The position numbers were made by a program, and so were the translations under genes. DNA of 63,087 bases, filler included, from Anaerolineae bacterium (GTDB lineage Bacteria; Chloroflexota; Anaerolineae; Epilineales; Epilineaceae): the NCBI GenBank assembly GCA_029262755.1. It is 7 parts of 7 records of this genome, joined end to end, with 100 filler letters (N's around TTAATTAATTAA, not from the genome) between each part and the next. Parts side by side here need not be neighbours in the genome. Positions count along the whole stretch, not along the records: positions 24,271 to 36,566 come from JAJCYU010000408.1; positions 36,667 to 48,507 come from JAJCYU010000413.1; 5 more parts are not named here. The stretch is one strand, 5' to 3'. Numbering within the stretch: position 1 is the first letter of the stretch; each line of letters opens with the position of its first letter. Below are positions 27,100-37,977 of this stretch, in pieces. The notes under the pieces were generated by a model that ran no database searches, was not told the origin of the DNA, and saw only the letters and a program-made list of their open reading frames with translations.

Positions 27100-27107
27100 A
27101 TTATAAT
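27100..27107. promoter_or_regulatory. Palindromic ATTATAAT giving a TATAAT -10 on both strands between divergent genes
   Basis: Direct reading; lies between the methyltransferase (-) and the nitroreductase (+). Confidence 0.45.
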
Positions 27108-27156
27108 GGCATCGTACTTTGCCTCCCCATCCCATGCCCGACGCGAGCCGAGTACC

Positions 27157-27861
27157 ATGACCGATGCCCAGAACGTTCACGATTCGGACGAAGCAGGCTT
27201 CATCCCGCTCTCATCGGTTCGAACGCTGCCAGACCGCGGCGACGAAGAGATCGTGGCGCGCAGTCGCGCCTTTTTCGAGTTGGCCCGCCAGCGACGCACC
27301 GTACGCGAGTTCAGCACGCGCGCTGTGCCACGAATCGTGATCGAGAACGCCATGCGTGCCGCCGCTTCCGCCCCGAGCGGAGCGAACCAGCAACCGTGGC
27401 ATTTCGTCGCAGTGGAAGATCCGTCGATCAAGAGCCGGATCCGGGTCGCGGCCGAGGCCGAAGAGCGCTCGTTCTACGCGGAGCGTGCACCCGACGATTG
27501 GCTTGCGGCGCTCGAGCCGCTCGGCACGGACGCCGACAAACCGTTCCTCGAGACCGCGCCGTGGCTGATCGCGATTTTCGCCCAACCGTGGGGCTTGGAC
27601 GCCCGTGGCGCGCGCCAGAAGCACTACTACGTGTCCGAGACGGTCGGCATTGCCACGGGTATCCTGATCGCCGCCTTACACGATGCGGGCCTGGTCACCC
27701 TTACGCACACGCCGAGCCCCATGGGTTTCCTGCGTGAGATCTTGGGCCGGCCGGAGCACGAACGGGCATTCTTGTTGCTTGTAGCCGGCCATCCTGCGCC
27801 CGATGCACGGGTGCCCGACATCCACCGCAAAGACTTCGCTGCGGTCGCCAGCTTCCGCTAG
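27157..27861 (+). CDS. Nitroreductase superfamily, iodotyrosine deiodinase (IYD)-like
   Basis: [57 protein letters not shown]. Confidence 0.85.
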   Translation: MTDAQNVHDSDEAGFIPLSSVRTLPDRGDEEIVARSRAFFELARQRRTVREFSTRAVPRIVIENAMRAAASAPSGANQQPWHFVAVEDPSIKSRIRVAAEAEERSFYAERAPDDWLAALEPLGTDADKPFLETAPWLIAIFAQPWGLDARGARQKHYYVSETVGIATGILIAALHDAGLVTLTHTPSPMGFLREILGRPEHERAFLLLVAGHPAPDARVPDIHRKDFAAVASFR

Positions 27862-27993
27862 CAGCGCGGGGGGAGGGTCAGCTTGGTCGCAGGGAGTCCG
27901 TTCCAAACACAGTGGCTCGGCCGCAGGTGACGACAGGGCGATCGAAGCCCTTCGGCATCGACAAACGTCATCTCACGAAGGAGTACGGCCCGC

Positions 27994-28800
27994 ATGTCCG
28001 AGACGTATCGCGTGGCGCCCGGCAGCAGCGTGGATCTCTCACGTATCGACACCCGCGACGGCGCGCTCTTCGCCGGCGACAAGGCGGCCGGCAAGCTGGC
28101 GCTTCCGGCCCTCAACGAACGCTTGGAGGATCTACAAGAGAAGCTCTACGCCGAAGGCAAGCACCGGCTCCTTATCGTCCTGCAAGCCATGGACGCCGGG
28201 GGCAAAGACGGCACGATCCGCCACGTTTTCGACGGGGTCAATCCGGCCGGGGTCCAGGTCGCGGCGTTCAAGGCACCAACGCCGAAGGAGTTGGCGCACG
28301 ATTTCCTCTGGCGGGTGCACGCGCAGACACCGGCACGGGGAATGATCACGATCTTCAACCGCAGCCACTACGAAGACGTCTTGGTGGTGCGCGTGAAGGG
28401 TCTTGTGCCCGAGGAGCGTTGGCGCAAGCGCTACGGGCACATCAACGACTTCGAACGCCTCCTGACGGATGAGGGCACGACCATCCTCAAGTTCTTCCTA
28501 CACATCAGCAAGAGCGAGCAAGCCGAACGTTTCCAGGCTCGCTTGGACGAACCCGACAAGCGCTGGAAGTTTCGCAAAGGCGATCTCGACGATCGAGCGC
28601 TGTGGGATGAATTCCAAGCGGCCTACACCGAAATGTTGGAGCGCACGTCCACCGCGTGGGCGCCGTGGATCGTGGTGCCCGCCGACCGGAAGTGGTACCG
28701 CAATATCGTCATCAGCCGGCACATCATCGACACCCTCGAAGGGCTCGGGATTCAGGTTCCCGAACCGGAGGAGGATCTTTCGGACGTGGTCATCGAGTGA
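27994..28800 (+). CDS. ppk2: Polyphosphate kinase 2 family phosphotransferase (class III-like)
   Basis: AAGGAG RBS; LQAMDAGGKDG, FKAPT..ELAHDFLWR, FNRSHYEDVL, KFFLHISK, KRWKF...DL, VPAD.KWYRN. Confidence 0.93.
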   Translation: MSETYRVAPGSSVDLSRIDTRDGALFAGDKAAGKLALPALNERLEDLQEKLYAEGKHRLLIVLQAMDAGGKDGTIRHVFDGVNPAGVQVAAFKAPTPKELAHDFLWRVHAQTPARGMITIFNRSHYEDVLVVRVKGLVPEERWRKRYGHINDFERLLTDEGTTILKFFLHISKSEQAERFQARLDEPDKRWKFRKGDLDDRALWDEFQAAYTEMLERTSTAWAPWIVVPADRKWYRNIVISRHIIDTLEGLGIQVPEPEEDLSDVVIE

Positions 28801-28901
28801 GCCGCTGCCGCCGGGAAGAAAGGAGGCCTTCCGGCAGCCCGGTCCGAGATTCTCCGCAGCAAACGTCTCGTATCGCGGAGCGGGCAGAACGTCCGACTCC
28901 C

Positions 28902-29963
28902 CTACGGAATCTCGGCGAGGAATGCGGCCACGATGTCCCGTGCGGCCTCTAGATCGCCAACGTCGAGCATCTCCGTCACGGTGTGCACGTAGCGCGTGCC
29001 GACCATGATCGCCACCGCGCGCGCGCCGGCAGCCGCCTGCTGCGCCGCAGCTCCGTCCTGACCACCGCGGCGCAGAATCGTCCGCTGATAGGGGATCTCC
29101 CGCTCGATCGCGATGCGCTCGATCTCTTCCACGAGTTTCGGATCGGCAATGAACGACGAGTCCTTCAGGTGCAGCCCGAAGCCGTTGCCTTGGGTCGTGA
29201 CGCGCTCCCGCTCCTTCACGCCAGGCGTGTCGCAGGACAAAGTGACGTCGAGGCCGATCCCGATATCCGGCTGGACGGCGAAGCTCGCGGTCCTCGCTCC
29301 CCGTAGACCCACCTCTTCCTGGGTGGTGAACGCGACCACGATCTCGCAGGCATGACCCTCTCCCGATGCATCCAAGGCCCGAATGCTCTCGATCCCCAGC
29401 CAACACGCCACCCGATTGTCGAGTGCCTTCGAGACGATCTTGTCGCCCATGCGCAGGCATGGCTCGTCCATCACCACCGGATCTCCGACCCGGATACGCT
29501 GTTTGGCCTCCTTGGGCGAAAGCCCAAGGTCCACGTAGAAGTCGCTGACTTCCGGGATGTGCTTCCGTTCTTCCGGCGTCGCGATGTGGACCGGTTTGCC
29601 CCCGGAGTTCATCACGCCGGGCAGGTCCCCTTCCCGTGCACACACTTGGACACGCCGGCTGAACAAATTGCGCGCGTCGAAGCCGCCGACCGGATCGACC
29701 CAGCAAAAGCCTTGGGCGTCCACGTGGGAGACGAGGAAGCCGATCTCATCCATGTGGCTTAGCAACAGCACCGTCTTCGGGTCCTGCGCCGCTGCACCTT
29801 CCGCGGGTCGCGGGGCGCGCCGACAGATGAGGGAGCCCATCGCATCGGTGTGCACTTCGTCGAACATGCCGTCGATTTCGGCGCTGATCAGATCGCGCAC
29901 GCGCCCTTCGTGCCCCGGGACTCCGGGTGTCTCGCATAGGCGCTTGAGTAGGTCGAAGTTCAC
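28902..29963 (-). CDS. M42 family metallo-aminopeptidase (TET-like)
   Basis: PGVPGHEGRVR, SHMDEIG, KALDNR, QEEVGLRGA, GLDVT, GGQDG, RYVHT. Confidence 0.92.
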   Translation of the reverse strand: MNFDLLKRLCETPGVPGHEGRVRDLISAEIDGMFDEVHTDAMGSLICRRAPRPAEGAAAQDPKTVLLLSHMDEIGFLVSHVDAQGFCWVDPVGGFDARNLFSRRVQVCAREGDLPGVMNSGGKPVHIATPEERKHIPEVSDFYVDLGLSPKEAKQRIRVGDPVVMDEPCLRMGDKIVSKALDNRVACWLGIESIRALDASGEGHACEIVVAFTTQEEVGLRGARTASFAVQPDIGIGLDVTLSCDTPGVKERERVTTQGNGFGLHLKDSSFIADPKLVEEIERIAIEREIPYQRTILRRGGQDGAAAQQAAAGARAVAIMVGTRYVHTVTEMLDVGDLEAARDIVAAFLAEIP

Positions 29964-30265
29964 GTGTGGTGTCCCCTCGGAGCAATAGCGGACGTCGATC
30001 CCGGCACCTCGTCGGCGTCGCGCAGCGCAACGTCGGCCACCGTCCACGTTCATGGCGCGTGGTTTATACCACATCGACCGGCGCTCGGCGCGACGCAAGG
30101 AGACGAGACGATGGCATTCCATGCGGTTCATCGACGGGGCGAGGCAACGTTGCTTCGACTCCGGTTCGAGCTCTGCGACGCCCTGCTCGAGACCGCAGCT
30201 TCGTCTCCGGTTCTAGAATAGTCGATCGGCGTCACGGGTCCGGACGCCGCCCAAGGGAGTCCTTC

Positions 30266-31699
30266 ATGTCCACGATGTCGAGCAATCCGCCAACCGACCC
30301 AGAATTCGCTGTCCACGACCGTCCGTCCGTTGCTCCCGCCGGACCTGTCCCCGCGCCGGTCGCGGACCGGCTCCTCGCGGAGATCTTCGGCCGGCCGGAA
30401 GCGCACGCCGCGCTCGGCGAGCTATGCGACCGGGTCGGGGGTCGGACGGCGGGTACGCAGAGCGCGCGTGCCGGAGAGGATTGGGCGCTCGGCCTGCTCC
30501 GCGACTGGGGGTTGCCCGTGGTGCGCACGGAGGACTTTCCGGTCGAGGGTTGGGAGCGTGGCACGCTAGACGCGGCCGTGCTCGCGCCGATCCCTTGGAC
30601 CATGACCGCGCTGGCCCACGGCTTCTGCCCGACCCAGGCCGACGTCACGGCATCCGTGCTCGACCTCGGTCACGGCGAGAGCGCGGACTACGTCGCGGCG
30701 GGTGAGCGCGTTCGCGGCGCGCTCGTCCTGTGCGACGAGGGCGCGTCGGCAGGCGCTCGCGTGCTCCACCGCAGCGAGAAGCTGGCGCTGGCCATCGAGC
30801 ACGGTGCGGCCGGGTTGATGATTCTCAGTAGCGCCCACGGCGCCCTTCCGCGCACGGGTACCTGCCACGGCGGCGAGGCGCCCATTCCCAGCCTCGGCAT
30901 CGCGCAGGAAGACGGGTTGCGCCTGCGGCGCATGTTGCTCGCCGGCGAAGAGCCGACGGTGCGGGTTGCGATGACCAACCGCATCGTGCAGGGCACGGCG
31001 CGCAACGTCATTGCCGATATTCCGGGGCGCGAGCTGCCCGATGAGATCGTTCTGGCGGGCGGGCACCTCGATAGCTGGGACGTTGCCCAGGGCGCCACGG
31101 ACAACGGGCTTGGTTCGGCCATCGTATTGGAGGCCGCGCGCGCGCTGTCGGCCGTGGGCCTCCGACCGCGAAGGACCCTGCGCTTCGTGCTATGGGCGGC
31201 GGAGGAGATCGGCCTGCACGGCTCCAAGAACTATGTGGGCCGGCATGAAGGCACATTGGATCAGCATGCGGCCGTAATGAACTTCGACATGACCGGCGAT
31301 CCCTACGGCTACTGGACCCCCGGCCACGAGGCAGGCCATCCGCTCTTGACGGCCCTCGCCACGCAGCTTGCGCCTCTGGGCATGACACGCGACCACGGTG
31401 CGCGTGCCGGCCTGCACAGCGACCATCAGCCCTTCATGCTGGCCGGTGTGCCTGTCGTGGGCTTGCTGGCCCGCCTGGCGCCGGAAGGCGGCCGCTACTA
31501 CCACAGCGTCGGCGACACCTTCGAGAAAGTGCGCTTGCCTGACTTCTGCCGCGCGGCTTCGGTCGCGGCGCACACGCTGTGGGCCATCGCGGACGCCGAA
31601 CGGGCGCCTTGGACGCGGATGAGCAACGCGGAGGTCCGCGCCATGGTGCGCGCTGCGGACTTGGAGGGCGCGTTGGCCGCGGACGGGGTCGCGATCTAG
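30266..31699 (+). CDS. M28 family metallopeptidase with PA domain (carboxypeptidase Q-like)
   Basis: GGHLDSWD..QGATDNG.G, AAEEIGLHGS, NFDM, SDHQPF..AGVP, YYHS.GDT. Confidence 0.9.
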   Translation: MSTMSSNPPTDPEFAVHDRPSVAPAGPVPAPVADRLLAEIFGRPEAHAALGELCDRVGGRTAGTQSARAGEDWALGLLRDWGLPVVRTEDFPVEGWERGTLDAAVLAPIPWTMTALAHGFCPTQADVTASVLDLGHGESADYVAAGERVRGALVLCDEGASAGARVLHRSEKLALAIEHGAAGLMILSSAHGALPRTGTCHGGEAPIPSLGIAQEDGLRLRRMLLAGEEPTVRVAMTNRIVQGTARNVIADIPGRELPDEIVLAGGHLDSWDVAQGATDNGLGSAIVLEAARALSAVGLRPRRTLRFVLWAAEEIGLHGSKNYVGRHEGTLDQHAAVMNFDMTGDPYGYWTPGHEAGHPLLTALATQLAPLGMTRDHGARAGLHSDHQPFMLAGVPVVGLLARLAPEGGRYYHSVGDTFEKVRLPDFCRAASVAAHTLWAIADAERAPWTRMSNAEVRAMVRAADLEGALAADGVAI

Positions 31700-31810
31700 T
31701 ACTCGGGCGCACAGCCCATTCCGGCGCTCGCCTCGCGCCCGGCACGTTCCTGCCGATCCCGCTGACCATCGGACAGCGAAGTGCGGCCGCTTGACCGGTC
31801 GACGGCGCTC

Positions 31811-34132
31811 CTAGCGGCAGGCTCCACCCACGGCGCCCCGCGCCACGAGGGGCGCAAAGATGACCTCCGGCAGCATCGTGGGCCGTGGTTCAGCCGTAGG
31901 GCGCGGCGGCGGGCCATCGAGGCCGATCAGCCACAACCCAGCCTCCCCAGCTGCAACGCCAACGACGCCGTCGCCGCGCGTCGCATCGCCCGCCACACCG
32001 CGCGCGACGTCGATCGTATCGACGATCGCGACCGATCGCGGCGCGCCGGCGTCGCGCACATCGACGATGCGCAACCCGCCCCGTACGTCGTCGAAGTTCA
32101 AGGCCTCGACGATGCGCGACCCCAACCAGGCGCGATCCTCGGCCTCACCCGCGTCGGGAATTGCAAGCCGGCCCACCTCGCGCGGCGCACCGAGGTTTGC
32201 TAGACCGAACATCTGCAGCGCCAGATCGCCCCCCGCGGCGCGGCCGTCGCCGCTCATCCCGCCGCCGACCAGACCGTTGCGCCAGCCGTCGACGTTGGTG
32301 AAGCCAACGGTTCGCGGCGCGCTGGGATCTTGGACGTTGACGATCTCCAATCCGTCGTGACCCGTGTCTCGTCGGGTATCGGGACCGGTGATGGCCACAC
32401 AGCACGGGTCGGGAAGCAGGCTCAGGTCCGTCGCGCCTGCATTGGGCGAGAAGGAGCCCACGATGCGTGGCGCACGCGGGTTGGCGAGAGAGAGGACGCG
32501 TAGCGTGCGATCGTTCGCGACATAGATGTGGTTGTCACGTACTGCGACCGCCCAAATCGGCTCGGGCAAGAAAATCTGCCCCAGTAGCTTCGGAGTGGCG
32601 GGCGCATGAACGTCCCACACGTAGAGCATGGCGCCTACGCGGTCTCCCGGCTCACCTGCAATGAGCAAGCCGTCACCCACCCACAACGCGCGTCCCTCGA
32701 TGCCGCCGGGGATCGACGCGATGACCCGCGGCGCATGCGGTTGCCGTGCATCGACCACCTGTACCACGCCCGGCACGTCCTCGGTGGGCGGCTCGTCCTC
32801 GACGTAGACGTAGCCGTCGGCGGCGGCGATCGCATCGACCTGCCCCAGGGTATCGTGTACGTCGTGACGCCCCATCGTCCGAAGCTGGTATGCGTCGAGA
32901 CCGGCGCCTCCGGCAGCCAATAACAGGTGCCCTCCACGACGCGCGATAGCAAAGCCGGTGGCCGGGGCCGACGCCGTCGAGTTCGGCAGGGCCCGCGGGG
33001 CTCGCGGGTTCGATACGTCGAAGGCCCGCACGTCGCCGTGGGTCAGCAGCCACGCGGTGTCGCCGTCCATCGCGATGTCTTTGATCGGAGGCCCCACGGG
33101 ATGCGATCCGATCAAGGGGCGCCCGCGTTCCGGATCTTGGATATCGAAGAGCCAAAGCTTGCCCGTACGCTGTGCTCCGGCCGGATTGTCGCTAACGCCG
33201 ACGATCAGCACGTCACCGTGGACCTCGACCGCGTCCGCCCAGTCGACCATCGCCTGGCGCTCGTTGGGCGCCGTGCGGTCCTGCAGGTGGACGAGCTTCA
33301 GGTTGCGCGACACGATGAACGCCCAGTCGCCCTTCACGGCGGCGTCGGTGACCACCGCGCGGTCGTTGAAAACGCTCACGAAGCGCGGCCGCAGCGGGTC
33401 CTCTCCGCGATCGAAGATCTGGAAGCCTTCCGTTCCGGAAACGACGTACAGCCAGCGCCCGTCCAGCAACGTCTTGGTGGCGAGCCCGTTGACCGTGAAG
33501 CGCGCGAGTTCGGTCGGAGTGGTCGGTCGTGATATGTCGAGCACGAGGATGCCGGCAGCGCCGAGCGACACGTAGGCGCGCTCGCCCTCCAATGCGATGT
33601 GGCGAACCACACCCGGCAAGACGACCGTGCGCCCCAGCTCGACAAGAGCGTCGGGCGTACACGCGTCGAACACCAGCACGCGTGGCCCCACGCCGACGTA
33701 GATCGTCCGGTCGTCTGCGGCGACGGCCACCGCCTCCACGGGACCCCCGAGCTGCGCGACGACCGCCGGACCGGCCTGCTGGACGGCCTGCTGGACGGCC
33801 TGCTGGACGGCCTGCTGGGCAGCCGGCTTGGCGCCCACTGTGCGCGACGTGACGCCCATCACGCCCCGAAGTGCGGCTTGAACCGAGTCGGCCGGCCGAT
33901 CGAGGAGGCTCGCAGAACTTGCGTCGTCGGGTAGCGCACGCAACGCTAGGCTGCCGTCTACACCGAATATGACGACGGCGGAGGCGATGACCGCCACGAC
34001 GATCGCCAACGCGTGGCCGTGGCGCCGTACCACGCGGCGTGAGGCCGGGATCGGTGGGGCCGAATTCGGATGCGCTGCGGGCTCCGATTCTGGGTGCACG
34101 GGAGGCGGGGTCAACGGTGACGTACGGGGCAT
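31811..34132 (-). CDS. Secreted LVIVD-repeat protein with C-terminal VIFAPLVAR tag
   Basis: N-terminal hydrophobic segment; GILVLDISRP, GFQIFD, LWLFDIQDP, GLEIVNVQDP, GLRIVDVRD repeats; Pro-rich linker before the tag. Confidence 0.85.
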   Translation of the reverse strand: MPRTSPLTPPPVHPESEPAAHPNSAPPIPASRRVVRRHGHALAIVVAVIASAVVIFGVDGSLALRALPDDASSASLLDRPADSVQAALRGVMGVTSRTVGAKPAAQQAVQQAVQQAVQQAGPAVVAQLGGPVEAVAVAADDRTIYVGVGPRVLVFDACTPDALVELGRTVVLPGVVRHIALEGERAYVSLGAAGILVLDISRPTTPTELARFTVNGLATKTLLDGRWLYVVSGTEGFQIFDRGEDPLRPRFVSVFNDRAVVTDAAVKGDWAFIVSRNLKLVHLQDRTAPNERQAMVDWADAVEVHGDVLIVGVSDNPAGAQRTGKLWLFDIQDPERGRPLIGSHPVGPPIKDIAMDGDTAWLLTHGDVRAFDVSNPRAPRALPNSTASAPATGFAIARRGGHLLLAAGGAGLDAYQLRTMGRHDVHDTLGQVDAIAAADGYVYVEDEPPTEDVPGVVQVVDARQPHAPRVIASIPGGIEGRALWVGDGLLIAGEPGDRVGAMLYVWDVHAPATPKLLGQIFLPEPIWAVAVRDNHIYVANDRTLRVLSLANPRAPRIVGSFSPNAGATDLSLLPDPCCVAITGPDTRRDTGHDGLEIVNVQDPSAPRTVGFTNVDGWRNGLVGGGMSGDGRAAGGDLALQMFGLANLGAPREVGRLAIPDAGEAEDRAWLGSRIVEALNFDDVRGGLRIVDVRDAGAPRSVAIVDTIDVARGVAGDATRGDGVVGVAAGEAGLWLIGLDGPPPRPTAEPRPTMLPEVIFAPLVARGAVGGACR
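33772..33818. repeat. 12-bp in-frame tandem repeat (CGGCCTGCTGGA, about 4 copies) encoding (AVQQ)n
   Basis: Direct reading; located just after the signal region of the LVIVD protein. Confidence 0.9.
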
Positions 34133-34342
34133 GACGACGACCTCTCGAGAAGCAAGGGCTTTTTGGCGGGCGGCAGGTCCGCACGTTGCGTATTCGCGCG
34201 ACGAGAACGAGCCGAGGATTCGGTGCTCATGCTAAGGCGCAGCGTGCCCAAACGCGAGCGACCGGGATCCGGCCACGGTGCTACACTCGGCGACCGGCCG
34301 CGCCGGCTAGAGCAGACTTCGCTGCGGACGACTGAGGTTGCG

Positions 34343-36316
34343 ATGAATCTCCTAAGGGGCCGCACGAGCCGCACCGGATGCATAGGGCGCACAGGGCGTA
34401 CAGGATGGCTGCCAACCAAGACACGGGCAGCGGCGCCTATGGTTGCCGGGATCGCCGCGCTCGCGTGGATTTCAGGCTCCTGGATACTCGGGCCCTTTAG
34501 CCCGCGCACGCGTTCGGTGTCCATCGGCGCGCCATCCTCGGGTTCGTCCGTTCACGCGCTCGCCCTACTCCAGTCCGCTGCCCGCGTGCCGTCGAGCGCG
34601 GCGGACTTCGAACTGCCCGGCACGCAGCCGGGAGCGCTACTCGATCCGCTCGGCGCCGCACGCGACTGCCGCGGCTGTCACGCCGGCACGTCGTTTCAAC
34701 GTACGGACCAGCGGGAGGCGGACGAGGTCGGCTTCAGCTGGGCCGGGTCCATGATGGCCCACGCGGCACGGGACCCCGTGTTTCTGGCGGCGTTGGACAT
34801 CGCGAACGCGGACGCGGAGGGCGCGGGCGTCCTGTGCCTTCGCTGCCACGCGCCGCGCGCATTCCTCGCGGGGCGCGCGGATCCGCCGGGCGGCACCGCG
34901 CTGCGTGCGGAGGATCGGGACGGCATTGAGTGCGATATGTGCCACCGGTTGGTCGACCCACGTCTGCCTGACGGTCATCCTGCGCCGGATGCCCAAATCG
35001 TGGCTGCGCTGGACGCCGTCCCACTAGAGCCCGGCAATGGTGCATGGGTGATCGACCCCGCAGATCGGCGTCGTGGTCCGCGAGACATCCGGGGCGAGTG
35101 GCCGGCCAGCCCGCACGTCAACGGGGGCTTCCCGCTCGCATCGAGCTTCCATACGGACTCTGCCCTGTGCGGCACCTGTCACGACGTGAGCAACCCGCTC
35201 CTGCAATGGGACGATGAGCGCGGCTCGTATTGGCGCGGCCCGTTGAAGCAGCCCCTCGCGGAACAGGCGGGCGCGCGCCCCTTCCCGGTGGAGCGAACCT
35301 ACAGCGAATGGCGCTTGTCGGCGTTCAACGAGCCGGGAGGCGTTTCGTCGCCGACCTTCGGCCGTACCGTGAGCACATGTCAGGACTGTCATATGCCCCC
35401 TGCGCCCGGGGCGGCGGGTCAATACTTCGGAGAGATGGTCGGGCGCCCGGACGTCGCGTCGCACGCGCTGGTCGGCGGCAACACGTGGGTTCCGCGTGTC
35501 TTGCTTGCGGATCCGCGTACGGCGGACGAGATCGACGAGACCGCACGATTGGCGCTGATCACCGGCACGATTCAGGCTCGCGAGATGCTCGGTCGCGCCG
35601 CGCGCATGGAGGTCGAGCGGGTCGGCCCCGCGCTCATCGTGACCGTAACCAACGAGAGCGGCCACAAGCTCCCGACCGGCTACCCGGAAGGCAGGCGCAT
35701 GTGGTTGGAGGTGGAGGGGCGCGATGCGGCGGGCGCAATCGTGTTTCGCTCCGGCGCGTGGGACGCCGAGACGGGGGTGCTGCGCGGCAGCGAGGACGGG
35801 GCGAGCGCGAACGGTTCCGATGCGGATCCTCAGCTGCAGGTGTGGCAGGCCAAGCAGGGCCTCACACCTGCCTGGGCATCGGAAGTTGGTCTATCCCCCG
35901 GCGCTTCGTTCCATTTCGTGCTCAACAACGTTTGGCTGTCCGACAACCGCATCCCACCCCGCGGGTACCAGCTCGACGCGTTCCGTTCCGTCGACGCCGC
36001 ACCGATCACGGGCGCCGTGGTGGACCCGGATCGATATGTGGACGGACAGCATTGGGATGTCGTACGTTATGTCATCCCGCGGCACGTCACGTTCGGAAGC
36101 GTCCGGTTGCGCTACCAGACCGCCAGCAAAGCCTACATCGATTTCCTTGCAGACGCGTCGCCGAACGCTCTCGACCCCGATGCGCGCGGGCCCCGACTGC
36201 GCCGGCTTTGGGCGCAGACAGGACGCAGCGAGCCGGTGACCATGACGCAGGCCGACTTCGGCGCCGGAGCGTCGGTTGACGAGCACCCGCTGTTCTTGCC
36301 TTGGGCGTTGCGCTAG
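34343..36316 (+). CDS. Multiheme (five CxxCH) c-type cytochrome with C-terminal PLFLPWALR tag; start uncertain
   Basis: [68 protein letters not shown]-terminal hydrophobic segment. Confidence 0.9.
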   Translation: MNLLRGRTSRTGCIGRTGRTGWLPTKTRAAAPMVAGIAALAWISGSWILGPFSPRTRSVSIGAPSSGSSVHALALLQSAARVPSSAADFELPGTQPGALLDPLGAARDCRGCHAGTSFQRTDQREADEVGFSWAGSMMAHAARDPVFLAALDIANADAEGAGVLCLRCHAPRAFLAGRADPPGGTALRAEDRDGIECDMCHRLVDPRLPDGHPAPDAQIVAALDAVPLEPGNGAWVIDPADRRRGPRDIRGEWPASPHVNGGFPLASSFHTDSALCGTCHDVSNPLLQWDDERGSYWRGPLKQPLAEQAGARPFPVERTYSEWRLSAFNEPGGVSSPTFGRTVSTCQDCHMPPAPGAAGQYFGEMVGRPDVASHALVGGNTWVPRVLLADPRTADEIDETARLALITGTIQAREMLGRAARMEVERVGPALIVTVTNESGHKLPTGYPEGRRMWLEVEGRDAAGAIVFRSGAWDAETGVLRGSEDGASANGSDADPQLQVWQAKQGLTPAWASEVGLSPGASFHFVLNNVWLSDNRIPPRGYQLDAFRSVDAAPITGAVVDPDRYVDGQHWDVVRYVIPRHVTFGSVRLRYQTASKAYIDFLADASPNALDPDARGPRLRRLWAQTGRSEPVTMTQADFGAGASVDEHPLFLPWALR

Positions 36317-36566
36317 CCCTCTGCCTGCAGTCGCCAGAGCGTGGCGTAGGTGCCATCCGCGGCGAGGAGCTCCCCGTGGCGGCCTTGCTCCACGATCCGG
36401 CCGTGATCCAGCACGTAGATCCGGTCCGCGTCCTGGATTGTCGAGAGGCGATGAGCCACGATCAAGGTCGTGCGGTTGCTGCTGAGCGTGCGCATGGCGT
36501 GCTGCAGAGCCTGCTCGGTCTCCGTGTCGATGCTCGCCGTGGCCTCGTCGAGGATCAAGACCGGCG
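36313..36566 (-). CDS. ABC transporter ATP-binding protein, C-terminal fragment (exporter type)
   Basis: [11 protein letters not shown] (Walker B/D-loop), IVAHRLSTI (H-loop), G.HGELL...G.YA.LW..Q. Confidence 0.92.
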
Positions 36567-36666
36567 NNNNNNNNNNNNNNNNNNNNNNNNNNNNNNNNNN
36601 NNNNNNNNNNTTAATTAATTAANNNNNNNNNNNNNNNNNNNNNNNNNNNNNNNNNNNNNNNNNNNN
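36567..36666. other. Artificial contig linker
   Basis: N-run + TTAATTAATTAA + N-run. Confidence 0.98.
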
Positions 36667-37385
36667 GGCACCGCACGCGCCTCGCGCACGGTGGGCGCCG
36701 CCGCGAGCGCTCCGCCGAGCGCGAGCCCCTGCCACGTCCCGTCCGGTGTCGCGAGGCCCTCGCGTAGGGCGGACCACCCCGCGCAGTCGTCGACAGCCGC
36801 GCTCAGCCGAAGGCACAGCGAGTCGGCGAGCGATGTCGCGCTCTCGCGGGGGCCGGATCGCGGAACGTCCGGCACGGCGAAGGCCACGCCGCTGATCGCC
36901 TCCCGATCGAGCCGGCCGATGTCGAGGGTCCAGCCGCCGCCCGTCGCAAGCAGGGGGCCGCATAGCACGCGGCTCGGGGCGCAGCTGGGGCCGTCGAGGG
37001 TCCAGGTGGCCAAGACGAGGCGCGCCGGCGTCTCCCCCGCGTGAGCCAGGTGCAAGACCGCTCGGTTGGTCGCACTGTCCTCGGCGCGGGAGAGGAGGGG
37101 CAGCCAGGTCAGGCCGGATGATAGGGCTGAGCCAGGCGCCGCTTGGAAGGTTTGGTCCAGGCGGGCGGCGGTGTCGAGCGGGTTGGGCACGCTGTGGGCA
37201 TCGACCTCGTTGTGCGCGATGGCGTCGTGCAAGCCGGCCCGCGCCGGCGGCGCGAATGCGGCTTCCACGGCGGTCGCCCGTGTCTCGCGCAGACCGGCGG
37301 CGATCCCGACGCCCAAGGCGAGCAGGAACGCGAAGCGCAACGCGGATGCAGGGCGGGCGGCCGAACTCCGACGCAAGACCTTCAT
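36667..37385 (-). CDS. Secreted hypothetical protein, 3'-partial, with LTWLPLLSR tag near the N-terminus
   Basis: AAGGAG RBS before ATG 37385; basic N-region plus hydrophobic FAFLLALGVGIAAG; runs into the linker. Confidence 0.6.
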
Positions 37386-37977
37386 GGACTGTCTCCTTGG
37401 GGCATCGGGCGCACGGCATACTCGGGAGGGGCTTGAACCGACGAGCGCGCGCATCCTGGACATGGATCGACGGGGCGAAGAGATCGGGGAAAGGACACCG
37501 GGCGGTGAGGTCGATGCGAAGCCGTGAGGGCTAAGACGGGCGCCGACCGCGTCTGGGGATGGGTGGCTCCCAGTCGAAGCGCGGCCCGTGCGTCGAACCG
37601 GTATGGGCTGGCCACGGGACACAGGCGCATCTATCGGCGAGGCGGTCGCCGGAGTTAGATGGCATGTCGGGCAGGCGCGCTTGCGGCGCGCGGACTACGC
37701 GGGTGTTGCGGTGTGATACCGATCGCTGCGCGTAGTGCGGGCGGATGGTTCGCGCTGACGCGGGGGGTACTCGCTGTCGTCGTGTACGCGCTGACGCGGG
37801 GTACGCGCTATACGTCGTTCTCCGGCGGTACTGCTCTTCGCCGCGTGTTGACCGGTGGGCGCACGAATCGAATTCCGCGCGTGGCGGACGCTCTGCGTGC
37901 ACCTCCGCCATGCTAGGCTTGTCCGCACGCCCCATACGCTCATTCCGTAGCCCAACGCCCGAAGGCGGAGGTGGATT

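Noticed and set aside
37751..37810. Direct repeat CGCGCTGACGCGGGG(GG)TAC x2 in a divergent intergenic region
   Set aside because: Only two imperfect copies, with no linked mobile element or known operator; treated as a local duplication.
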